Origin: Treponema sp.
GTDB lineage: Bacteria; Spirochaetota; Spirochaetia; Treponematales; Breznakiellaceae
DNA: 39,848 nucleotides
Direction of reading: 5' to 3'
Assembly: GCA_031268245.1 (NCBI GenBank)
Contig: JAIRXN010000104.1
Location: 1-39,848, forward strand
Shown here: piece by piece, positions 1 to 8,060 of the stretch
How positions within the stretch are numbered: the first letter of the stretch is position 1
Layout: every line of letters starts with the position of its first letter
The notes under the pieces: generated by a model
The model's input: the letters and a program-made list of their open reading frames with translations, nothing else
The model's database searches: none
Told to the model about the DNA's origin: nothing
Position numbers and translations under genes: made by a program

Positions 1-361
<361 letters not shown>

Positions 362-466
362 TTATGAAATGCCGTATCATAACAAAAAAGGGCTTGTTGA
401 TCCATCGTGCGCGGGCTTTACAGCGGGAATGTATTTTTTTACACTGGGGGCAAGGAGAGAACTGCC

Positions 467-988
467 ATGAATACATTTTTAACCTTCGCGAAGTACAACC
501 AGGAGTCCAACCAAAAGGTTCTGGACCTGCTGGATAAACTTTCCAACGATGAGCGGGAAAAGGACCGGGGCTCCTTTTTTAAGAGTTTGTCCGGCCTGGT
601 CCGGCATCTTGGCGGCGGGTCACTGTTTTTCGCCGGCCTTTTCCGCGGCGCCCTGGGCTCCGCCCCGGCGGCGAAACCCCTGGCGGCCTTGGAGAGGCTG
701 AGTTTCCCCGAGGAAACCCTGACCGGGGCCCAGTGGGAACAGGCTGTTGCGGACATAAAAACCGCGGACCAGGCCCTGGTGGATTTTGCCGGGGCCTTGA
801 CGGAGGCGGACCTTTCCGCCCCGGTAAAACTGGACTGGTACGGCGGCAATCCCGCGGCGGTCCCCCTGTCCTTCATGCTCCTGCAGCTTATGGCCCACAA
901 CACCCACCACCGGGGGCAGTTGTCGCAGATTTTTGACGAGTTGAAAATCGACAACGACTATTCGGGGATTAACGCAGCGTTCCTGTGA
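467..988 (+). CDS. DinB-family (four-helix-bundle, metal-binding) protein
   Basis: ORF 407..988. Start preferred at the internal ATG 467, which follows AAGGAGAG. C-terminal motif HNTHHRGQLSQI is typical of the DinB/DUF664 superfamily. Confidence 0.7.
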   Translation: MNTFLTFAKYNQESNQKVLDLLDKLSNDEREKDRGSFFKSLSGLVRHLGGGSLFFAGLFRGALGSAPAAKPLAALERLSFPEETLTGAQWEQAVADIKTADQALVDFAGALTEADLSAPVKLDWYGGNPAAVPLSFMLLQLMAHNTHHRGQLSQIFDELKIDNDYSGINAAFL

Positions 989-989
989 T

Positions 990-1943
990 CTAAGCGAGGG
1001 AACAGTGCCCGGTTTTCCGTATCGCCAGTTCCCCCGTCCTCTTAAATCCCCGTTCCTTCATATAGGCCCCGATGCCGTCAATAATTTCCGTCATAGCCCG
1101 GGGGTTGGCGAAGGTGGCGGAGCCTACCTGGACCGCCGCCGCTCCGGCGAGGAGGAATTCCAGGGCGTCGCCGGCATCCGAGATGCCCCCCATGCCGACG
1201 ACCGGGACTCTTGCTGTTTCACAGAGTTCCCAGACCATCCGCAGGGCCAGGGGCCTGATGGCGGGGCCGGAAAGGCCGGCGCTGATGTTGCCGAAGACGG
1301 GCCGCCGCAGGCGGATGTCAATGGCCAGGGCCTTAAAGGTGTTCACCAGGGAAAGGGCGTCGGCCCCGGCTTTGACGCAGGAGCGGGCTACCGCTTCCAG
1401 GTCCGGGGCGTTGGGGGAAAGTTTTACCATCAGGGGCTTGTCCGGGGCGGCCCTGCGGACCAGGGCGGTTACGGCGGCGGCGGTCTCCACTTCCAGGCCG
1501 AAGGCCATGCCCCCGGCCTTTACGTTGGGGCAGGAGATGTTGAGTTCTATCATGTCGATAGAAGTATTGTTGAGGAGCGCCGCCCCCCGCTCGTATTCCT
1601 CCATCGCGGACCCCGAGAGGTTGGCGATAACCACCGGTCCCAGCGCCCGCAGGCCGGGGAGTTCCTTTTCGATAAAGGCCGGAATCCCGGGGTTTTCCAG
1701 GCCGATAGAATTCATCAGCCCCCCGGGGGTTTCGTGGAGCCGGGGCCCCCTGTTACCTGGCTGGGGCCGGAGGGTAAGGCCCTTGGTGCAGATGCCCCCA
1801 AGCCGGGGAATTTCCAGAAGATCCGCGTATTCCCTGCCGTAGCCAAAGGTCCCCGACGCGGCGATTACCGGGTTCCTGAACGGCACCCCCGCGATACATA
1901 CCGAAAGGTCCGGCCCTTCCCAAACGGGGTCCGGGGTTTTCAT
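990..1943 (-). CDS. pyrD: Dihydroorotate dehydrogenase, class 1B catalytic subunit
   Basis: Translation from MKTPDPVWEG... contains IAASGTFGYG, GLENPG and the active-site NISCPN. Its ATG overlaps the pyrK stop in an ATGA (1940-1943). The longer track ORF to 2099 runs into pyrK. Confidence 0.9.
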   Translation of the reverse strand: MKTPDPVWEGPDLSVCIAGVPFRNPVIAASGTFGYGREYADLLEIPRLGGICTKGLTLRPQPGNRGPRLHETPGGLMNSIGLENPGIPAFIEKELPGLRALGPVVIANLSGSAMEEYERGAALLNNTSIDMIELNISCPNVKAGGMAFGLEVETAAAVTALVRRAAPDKPLMVKLSPNAPDLEAVARSCVKAGADALSLVNTFKALAIDIRLRRPVFGNISAGLSGPAIRPLALRMVWELCETARVPVVGMGGISDAGDALEFLLAGAAAVQVGSATFANPRAMTEIIDGIGAYMKERGFKRTGELAIRKTGHCSLA

Positions 1944-2743
1944 AAGAAGCAAATCTCCTCCGCAGGGAAAACAGGGCCATCGGCGCAGCATCGGCGGTTC
2001 CCCCCGGCGGTCTCCACGGTACAGCCCAGGCAGGCCCCCACCCCGCAGGCCATGCGCCGTTCCAGGCTGACGCAGCAGGGGACTCCCGCGGCCCCGCACT
2101 TTTCCGTTATTACCCGCAGCATGGGTTCCGGGCCGCAGGCAAAGACCGCCCGGTATGCTCCGGGTTCAAAAAAAACGGGAATCCGCCCCCGCAGGCCCTC
2201 CGAACCGTCTTCCGTGGCAAGAACCAGCTTCCGGGAATAGGGACGTACCTCCGAGCAAAGCCCCTGGACCGGGGAAGGGGCCGGACCGGGGGGAGGATCG
2301 TCCAGGGCGGCGGTTTTGAAACCCCCGTAAAAATCGAAAAGCCGCCCTTCTTTGGCGAGTTCCGGGACCAGGGCCAGCAGGGGGGCGATGCCGATGCCGC
2401 CGCTTACAAGGGCCAGGACCCCCGCCTCCGGGGGAAGAAAATCTCCCCAGGCGTTCCCCAGGGGCCCGGTCAGTTCCGCCTGGTCCCCTATCCCCATATC
2501 CAAAAGCTCCGCGGTTCCGGCGCCCCTCCGGGCCGCAAGGAAACGGAGCGTCCCCCGGCGGAACCCCGCCGCGCTGACAGGCCGCCCCAAAAACCGGCTA
2601 AACCGTTTCGGCCTGATCATAAAAAACTGCCCCCCCCGGGGAGCCGGGCCGGGCCAGTCAAAGTCCAGCCAGGAGACCCCGGCGCTGATTCCAGTTTTGG
2701 CAAGCAGGGAACAGCTTAACTGCCGCTTGGAAGGAAAGGCCAT
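1940..2743 (-). CDS. pyrK: Dihydroorotate dehydrogenase electron-transfer (FAD/2Fe-2S) subunit
   Basis: 267 aa. C-terminal cysteine cluster CGVGACLGCTV...RRCCADGPVF and the GGIGIAPL NAD/FAD-type motif. Translationally coupled to pyrD. Confidence 0.85.
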   Translation of the reverse strand: MAFPSKRQLSCSLLAKTGISAGVSWLDFDWPGPAPRGGQFFMIRPKRFSRFLGRPVSAAGFRRGTLRFLAARRGAGTAELLDMGIGDQAELTGPLGNAWGDFLPPEAGVLALVSGGIGIAPLLALVPELAKEGRLFDFYGGFKTAALDDPPPGPAPSPVQGLCSEVRPYSRKLVLATEDGSEGLRGRIPVFFEPGAYRAVFACGPEPMLRVITEKCGAAGVPCCVSLERRMACGVGACLGCTVETAGGNRRCCADGPVFPAEEICFL

Positions 2744-2888
2744 GGGCTCAATGTAGTGAAAAGCCCGCGCCGGGACAAGGTTCCGCAGAGCAAAACGCCG
2801 CCCCGTTCAAGAGCAGGAGGCAGAATCCCCGCGCATCAGCCCTTGCAGGCTGTGCCGCAACGAGGGTTATAAGGCATCCCCATACGGA

Positions 2889-2906
2889 GTTATGTGCAAT
2901 ACCGCC
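2889..2906. repeat. Left arm of a 16/18 inverted repeat (GTTATGTGCAATACCGCC) at the GC-rich to AT-rich boundary upstream of the cupin gene
   Basis: Read directly. The reverse complement of 3377-3394 is GTTATGTGCAGTGCCGCC, which has two mismatches to this arm. Confidence 0.85.
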
Positions 2907-2976
2907 TAAATTGGTTGGAAAATACAGAGACAAAAGAAAATTTATCTGATAATGTTAAAATATCGGAGATGTAAAT

Positions 2977-3312
2977 ATGGAACATTTTCCTGATTTTATG
3001 AAAAAAACCGAAAATTTTATTCCAAAAAATTCACAAAATACAGATGATATTGTTGGATATTATTATACCGCAAATGATGGTTCTCAAATAGCTTTTTGGG
3101 AATGTTTTTCTGATAGAGAATCAAAAAGACATAAGCATAATTTTGATGAATATATGGTATGTTTAAGTGGGGAATATATTGTATATATTGAAAATGAACA
3201 ACATATTTTACATACTGGAGATGAATTACATATACCAAAAGGAAAAGAACAATGGGGTTTTTGTAAAGCTGGAACAAGAACAATTCATGCTTTCGGGGGA
3301 AAAAGAATATAA
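2977..3312 (+). CDS. Small cupin-domain protein (AT-rich, probably acquired)
   Basis: 111 aa. Cupin-like HKHNFDEYMVCLSGEY...HTGDELHIPKG. Strongly A/T-biased codons unlike the flanking genes. Confidence 0.7.
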   Translation: MEHFPDFMKKTENFIPKNSQNTDDIVGYYYTANDGSQIAFWECFSDRESKRHKHNFDEYMVCLSGEYIVYIENEQHILHTGDELHIPKGKEQWGFCKAGTRTIHAFGGKRI

Positions 3313-3376
3313 AATTTAAATATTTATAAAACGATTGAGTTAATATAATAAAATTATGTATAAAATAACGGAGTAC

Positions 3377-3394
3377 GGCGGCACTGCACATAAC
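3377..3394. repeat. Right arm of the inverted repeat (GGCGGCACTGCACATAAC)
   Basis: Read directly. Pairs with 2889-2906. Its last 5 nt (ATAAC) also form the outer box of the structured element 3390-3566. Confidence 0.85.
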
Positions 3395-3566
3395 AGGTCT
3401 GTTTACGCTTCGGACGCTGAAGCGCCCTCGGGCTCCGTTTTGGCTAGGTCATTCGCTTTGCTCATTCCCACGCCAAAACTCCGCCACATCTCGCCAGCCC
3501 TGGTCTTTGCTTCGCAAAGCCCTTATCCGGGCTGGCAAAACGTCGTAAACAGCCGGAACGTTATAC
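3390..3566 (+). other. About 175-nt multi-stem element with attC-like box architecture (candidate integron-cassette recombination site)
   Basis: Outer pairing ATAAC 3390-3394 with GTTAT 3560-3564. Asymmetric unpaired spacer AGGT versus CCGGAAC. Second box CTGTTTACG 3399-3407 with CGTAAACAG 3544-3552. These enclose three hairpins: GCTTC 3407-3411 with GAAGC 3419-3423; GTTTTGGC 3437-3444 with GCCAAAAC 3472-3479; GCCAGCCC 3493-3500 with GGGCTGGC 3529-3536, the last containing CTTTGC-TTC-GCAAAG. Confidence 0.4.
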
Positions 3567-3637
3567 CGGAATTTCGCAAGACTTGTGAAGAAACCAACCG
3601 GGTTTCTGAACAAGTCCATTGACTTAATAATTGCAAT

Positions 3638-5047
3638 ATGGCAAAGTTGGAAATTACCCGGAGTAAGGACATGAAAATTAATAAAGATGGCAGCGGTACA
3701 TTCAGTGCCGGTTTTCGGCGTTCATTGATTGCGTTGGTTATACCAATTGCATTTCAAAATTTGATTTCAGCGGCAGTAAATTCGGCTGATATTGTTATGT
3801 TAAGCAATGTAGGACAATCTGTAATGTCGGCTGTTTCCCTTGCTGGTCAAATTACCTTTGTTTTAATGCTTTTTTACGCCGGGCTTGCCATTGGTACAGG
3901 TATTCTTACTGCTCAGTATTGGGGAAAAAATAATACAATGGCTATAAAGCGGGTACTAAGCATTGCTTGTATATTTTCGGTTATTGTATCATTTTTGTTT
4001 TTTATTGCTTCTATCGTCTTTCCGGACTCTCTCATGCATATTTTCACAAATGATGAAGAATTAATTATGTATGGGGTGAAATATCAACGCTCCCTTTCTT
4101 TTTCGTATCTGGCAATGAGCCTGTCACAGATGTACCTTGCCATGGTAAAGAGTATGGAAAAAACCCATTTTAGCGCAATTGTCAGTTCTGCGGGACTGAT
4201 TTTAAATATTCTTTTAAATGCCTTATGCATTTTTGTGTTATTCAAAGGCGATCCTGAAATGACCATCATTGGCGTAGCTGCAGCTACCGTTATTGCGCGT
4301 TTTTTTGAGCTTGCTTGTTGTTTTATTCATTCCCTGCATAGCGGGAACGTACGTTTCAGCTTGCCAATACGTGATAATGTACAAAAGCTGCTTCTACATG
4401 ATTATTTACGGTACACAATACCTGTTTTGGCAAATTATGTAGTATACGGGGGCGCACTGGCAGCATCAATTGCGATTATTGGGCATGTTAGTTCTGATAT
4501 GGTAGCTGCAAATGCAATTATAAACGTAGTAAAAAACCTGGCAACTGTATTGTGCAACGGTATCGGAGTCGGCGGAAGCATTCTTGTAGGGAAATATTTA
4601 GGAAGCCAAGATATTCAATTTGCAAAAAAAGCGGGAATCAAAATATATAAATACGCTTTGGGTTTTGGGGTATTGGCAGGTATCACAATTCTAGCAATGA
4701 AACCTTTGATATTTATTCTTGTCAATATAAATATTATCGCACAAGGCTATTTGAATTTGATGCTCTTTGTCTGCGCCTTTTGGAGCATTGGTAAATCACT
4801 TAATTCCACAATAATCGGCGGAATATTTCCGGCCGGCGGAGATGCAAAATTCGGCTTTCTATGCGATGTTATTGTAATGTGGGGAATTATTATACCGCTT
4901 TCGCTTGTATGCGCTTTTATATGGCATGTACAGCCTGTTATACTGTATATAGTTATATGTTCAGATGAATTTATCAAGATGCCCGTAGCCTTGATTAGGT
5001 TTCGCCAATACCGGTGGCTTAATAATATCACAAGGGATTTTAAATAA
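3638..5047 (+). CDS. MATE-family multidrug/toxin efflux transporter (AT-rich, probably acquired)
   Basis: 469 aa and polytopic, about 12 TM by eye. N-terminal LIALVIPIAFQNLISAAVNSADIVMLSNVG is typical of MATE proteins. ATG 3671 (MKINKDG), preceded by GGAG, may be the real start. Confidence 0.7.
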   Translation: MAKLEITRSKDMKINKDGSGTFSAGFRRSLIALVIPIAFQNLISAAVNSADIVMLSNVGQSVMSAVSLAGQITFVLMLFYAGLAIGTGILTAQYWGKNNTMAIKRVLSIACIFSVIVSFLFFIASIVFPDSLMHIFTNDEELIMYGVKYQRSLSFSYLAMSLSQMYLAMVKSMEKTHFSAIVSSAGLILNILLNALCIFVLFKGDPEMTIIGVAAATVIARFFELACCFIHSLHSGNVRFSLPIRDNVQKLLLHDYLRYTIPVLANYVVYGGALAASIAIIGHVSSDMVAANAIINVVKNLATVLCNGIGVGGSILVGKYLGSQDIQFAKKAGIKIYKYALGFGVLAGITILAMKPLIFILVNINIIAQGYLNLMLFVCAFWSIGKSLNSTIIGGIFPAGGDAKFGFLCDVIVMWGIIIPLSLVCAFIWHVQPVILYIVICSDEFIKMPVALIRFRQYRWLNNITRDFK

Positions 5048-5166
5048 TAACTCACCTTACGCAACCCGGGAAATTTAACCACGGACGGCTGTTCTGCTTC
5101 GCAGAACTTGGACAAGCACGGACAAAAGAGAGAATTTCAGCCAAAAGGCCTGAGTTGTCCGTGTGG
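5046..5166 (+). other. Structured GC-richer block downstream of the MATE gene, partly similar to the 3390-3566 element
   Basis: ATAAC 5047-5051 overlaps the MATE stop codon. ATAAC-N5-TTACGC here compares with ATAAC-N8-TTACGC at 3390-3408. Hairpin GTTCTGC-TTC-GCAGAAC at 5091-5107 shares the 9-mer TGCTTCGCA with 3508-3516. CACGGACAA 5117-5125 pairs with TTGTCCGTG 5155-5163. A second CACGGAC lies at 5080-5086. Confidence 0.3.
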
Positions 5167-5275
5167 TCAGTGGCTAATAATATGTCCATGGAGCCCGCCT
5201 ATACACCCCTTATAGCAGACTTCAAATGTCCAAGAGTTGAAAAAAAACCATAAAACCCCTATACTGGCCTACGTC

Positions 5276-6202
5276 ATGAATCTTGAAGCATTTATCCTCG
5301 GCAGCGGGGGCATGATGCCCCTTCCCAATCGGCATCTTACATCGGTACTTCTCAGGCGCGAGGGGGATCTCTTTCTCTTTGATTGCGGAGAGGGAACCCA
5401 GGTGAGTCTCCGCAGGCTTAACCTCCGCTGGAAGAAGATATCCGCCATTTTTATCAGTCATACCCATGCGGATCATGTAACAGGTTTGCCCGGTCTCCTC
5501 ATGCTTTCAAGCCAGGTGGACAGGGATGATCCTCTCTATATTTACGGTCCTCCCCGGATAGCCGAATACATAGAAACCAGCCGCCGGGTTTTGGATATGC
5601 ACATCAACTACGAAATCGTGGTCAGGGAGATCAATGGGCCCGGACCGGTATATGAAGGGGAGGACTTCCGGGTGAAATGCTTCGCCCTGCGTCATACCAA
5701 GCCCTGTTACGGCTATGTTCTCGAAGAGGACGGCCGTCCCGGTGAATTTCATCCGGAAAAGGCTGAGAAACTGGGAGTACCCAGGGGGCCTCTCTGGTCA
5801 AGGCTCCAGCACGGGGAGTCTGTAAGAGCGGCGGACGGATCTCCTGTGAGGCCCGAAGACGTGTTGGGAAAGCCTCGTTCAGGCCGGAAGTTTTCCTTTG
5901 TTACCGATTCGCTTGCCTTCCCGGAGATAGCGCCTGAAGTCGCAGGATCGGATCTTTTTGTCTGTGAAGGTATGTTTGAACAGGAACTTATAGAAAGCGC
6001 CAGGGAGAAGAAGCACATGACAGCATCTCAGGCTGCGCGTATCGCTGTTGAGGCCGGGGTAAAGAGGCTGGCCCTTATCCATTACAGTCCCCGCTATACG
6101 GATTTTGACCTGAAACAGCTTTTGAAGGAGGCCCAGGCTCTCTTTCCCGAAACGATACTTTCCAGGGACAGGATGGTTTTACCTATTGACTATATAGATT
6201 GA
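5276..6202 (+). CDS. rnz: Ribonuclease Z (tRNA 3' processing, metallo-beta-lactamase fold)
   Basis: MNLEAFILGSGGMMP..., HTHADH motif, and a C-terminal LIHYSPRY-type segment. Start taken at the internal ATG (M14 of track ORF 5237..6202). Confidence 0.85.
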   Translation: MNLEAFILGSGGMMPLPNRHLTSVLLRREGDLFLFDCGEGTQVSLRRLNLRWKKISAIFISHTHADHVTGLPGLLMLSSQVDRDDPLYIYGPPRIAEYIETSRRVLDMHINYEIVVREINGPGPVYEGEDFRVKCFALRHTKPCYGYVLEEDGRPGEFHPEKAEKLGVPRGPLWSRLQHGESVRAADGSPVRPEDVLGKPRSGRKFSFVTDSLAFPEIAPEVAGSDLFVCEGMFEQELIESAREKKHMTASQAARIAVEAGVKRLALIHYSPRYTDFDLKQLLKEAQALFPETILSRDRMVLPIDYID

Positions 6203-6240
6203 TTGACAGGGAGAGCTATTTATGATTGAGGTGAAGACAA

Positions 6241-7230
6241 ATGATCGAAGTTAAAAATTTATCGAAGAGCTACGGAGACTTTGAAGCGGTGAAGGACGTG
6301 TCCTTCTCCGTGGGTTCCGATCAGGTGCTTGGTTTTCTCGGTCCCAACGGGGCCGGAAAAACCACCATCATGAAGATCCTCACGGGCTATCATTACCCCA
6401 GCGCAGGGGAAGCTCTGGTAGACGGCGTTTCCGTGCAGGAGGAACCGGTGGAGTTGAAGAAACGCATCGGCTATCTTCCGGAAGGGGTGCCTCTCTACGG
6501 GGATCTTACGGTGGACGAGTACATGGCTTTTGCGGCGGAAGGCCGCGGCATTCCCAAAAAACGCCGGAAAGAGGCTATTGAGGCGAGTCTTGAAGCCTGC
6601 GGGTTAAAGGATATGCGTTCCCGGCTCATAGAGCATCTCTCCAAGGGCTACAAGCAGCGGACAGGTCTCGCCCAGGCCATCGTTCACGATCCTGCCATAC
6701 TTATTCTGGATGAACCTACCACCGGTCTTGACCCTAACCAGATCATCGAAATCCGTTCCTTAATCCGGGAACTGGGGAAGCGCAAGACCGTGATTCTCTC
6801 TACCCACATTCTCCAGGAGGTGGAGGCAATCTGTTCTCAGGTACTGATCCTCAACCGCGGCCGCATTGCCGCGCAGGGGAGGCCCGAAGAAATTGCCGGA
6901 GCCATAAAGGGCGGGGATACCTGGGAACTCATCTTGAAGGGCGCCGAAATTCACGCTGTCCGCAGTGCGTTGACAAGGCTCGGCAGGCTTATCGAAGGCG
7001 GCCTGCAGAATCAGGAAACGGAGATCCTGGACAATGGGCTGATTAAGGCAGTCTTCTTTGTTTCCGCATCCGCTGCGGAAAACGGGGAGAAGATCTTCGA
7101 CTGGGCCATTGATAGTTCTCTCAAGATCCTCGGCATGAACCGTAAAAAACTCAGCCTGGAAGACATCTTTGTCGAACTCACCCACGAGATGCCTTCCGTG
7201 AATAAAGTTTCTCCCCCTGAAGGAGCCTGA
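6241..7230 (+). CDS. ABC transporter ATP-binding protein (ABC-2/GldA-like)
   Basis: Walker A GPNGAGKTT, signature LSKGYKQR, Walker B ILILDEPTTGLD. First gene of a four-gene operon. Confidence 0.85.
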   Translation: MIEVKNLSKSYGDFEAVKDVSFSVGSDQVLGFLGPNGAGKTTIMKILTGYHYPSAGEALVDGVSVQEEPVELKKRIGYLPEGVPLYGDLTVDEYMAFAAEGRGIPKKRRKEAIEASLEACGLKDMRSRLIEHLSKGYKQRTGLAQAIVHDPAILILDEPTTGLDPNQIIEIRSLIRELGKRKTVILSTHILQEVEAICSQVLILNRGRIAAQGRPEEIAGAIKGGDTWELILKGAEIHAVRSALTRLGRLIEGGLQNQETEILDNGLIKAVFFVSASAAENGEKIFDWAIDSSLKILGMNRKKLSLEDIFVELTHEMPSVNKVSPPEGA

Positions 7231-7232
7231 CA

Positions 7233-7985
7233 ATGAAAAAGTTTTCTTTACCCGGAACGGAGAATATGCCTGTCCTGGCCCTGGCAAAAAAAGAGCTTTA
7301 CTCTTTTAGCAATTATCCTGTTACCTACGGTATCGGCATATTCTTCCTGCTCTTCTGTTCGATATGGCTTTTCTATTTCCAGCATTTCTTTACCATGGAT
7401 ACCGCCTCTCTCCGTTCCTGGTTTGCCGCCTTTCCCCTGGCCTTTATTCTGGTGATACCTTCCATTACCATGAAGAGCTGGGCCGAAGAACGGCGGGTGG
7501 GCAGCATAGAAATCCTCCTTACCATGCCCTTTTCGGAATGGGATCTTGTACTGGGTAAATTTCTTGCAGCCTTCGGAGTGCTTGTCTTTATCCTCATCCT
7601 CAGCATCCCTCTTCCCCTGAGCCTCATGAGCCTGGGAGCTTTTGACGGGGGAGTGATCCTCTGCGAGTACCTGGGGGTTCTGCTTCTGGGATGTTCCGCC
7701 ATAAGTCTCGGGCTTTTTCTTTCGAGCCTTTCCGGGAATCAGGCAGGCGCTTTTCTGGGAAGCGCAGTGATACTGTTGACAGTTATGCTGATTAACCGTG
7801 TAACGCTTGTTTTTAACCTTCCTCCCTCTCTTGCGGCGGTGTTTAACTGGCTGTCCCTTTCCTTTCATTTTGAAAGCTTTTCCCGGGGTCTCGTTGATAC
7901 GCGGGATCTCTCTTTCTTCATCATTACCGCCATCCTGTTCCTCTTTCTGAATACCAGGGTGCTTATCTACCGGAAATGGCGTTGA
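7233..7985 (+). CDS. ABC-2 type permease (GldF-like)
   Basis: 250 aa with about 6 TM. Starts 3 nt after the ATPase stop. Confidence 0.75.
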   Translation: MKKFSLPGTENMPVLALAKKELYSFSNYPVTYGIGIFFLLFCSIWLFYFQHFFTMDTASLRSWFAAFPLAFILVIPSITMKSWAEERRVGSIEILLTMPFSEWDLVLGKFLAAFGVLVFILILSIPLPLSLMSLGAFDGGVILCEYLGVLLLGCSAISLGLFLSSLSGNQAGAFLGSAVILLTVMLINRVTLVFNLPPSLAAVFNWLSLSFHFESFSRGLVDTRDLSFFIITAILFLFLNTRVLIYRKWR

Positions 7986-8060
7986 GGAGGGGAACATGAT
8001 AACCCAATTTTCGTGTGTTCGACCGACCGCACAATTAAACCGGACAGGGAGCGAAGTTTC

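Noticed and set aside
1005-2240. Long plus-strand ORFs (411 aa and 256 aa) antisense to pyrD/pyrK, and similar ORFs elsewhere (439..954, 7248..8075, 8130..9026, 22433..23056, 29069..29692, 29610..30341, 30420..31031)
   Set aside because: These are shadow ORFs opposite well-supported genes in GC-rich DNA. The translations are Arg/Gly/Pro-rich with no motifs.
2757-2776. Small GC hairpin plus T-run just upstream of pyrK (minus strand) as a pyrimidine attenuator
   Set aside because: The stem is only 4-5 bp and I recognised no PyrR-binding loop sequence. It is too weak to call.
2748-2933. 61-aa minus-strand ORF, and the 88-aa plus-strand ORF at 3356..3622
   Set aside because: Both lie entirely within the GC-rich self-complementary blocks flanking the cupin gene and have no RBS. 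The similar GGIAHNS and GGTAHNR peptides are just translations of the inverted 18-mer.
3377-3637. Riboswitch or leader controlling the downstream MATE efflux gene
   Set aside because: I could not match the conserved nucleotides of efflux-associated classes I know (guanidine ykkC, fluoride, NiCo, Mn). There is no terminator or RBS-sequestering helix next to the start codon. The outer ATAAC/GTTAT boxes and the link to the cupin 5' end fit a recombination site better. This remains open until a covariance search is run.
5046-5240. A complete second attC closing the MATE segment
   Set aside because: The opening half resembles the 3390 element, but I found no complementary GCGTAA...GTTAT closing half. 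The candidate GTT sites at 5154 and 5234 do not pair convincingly.
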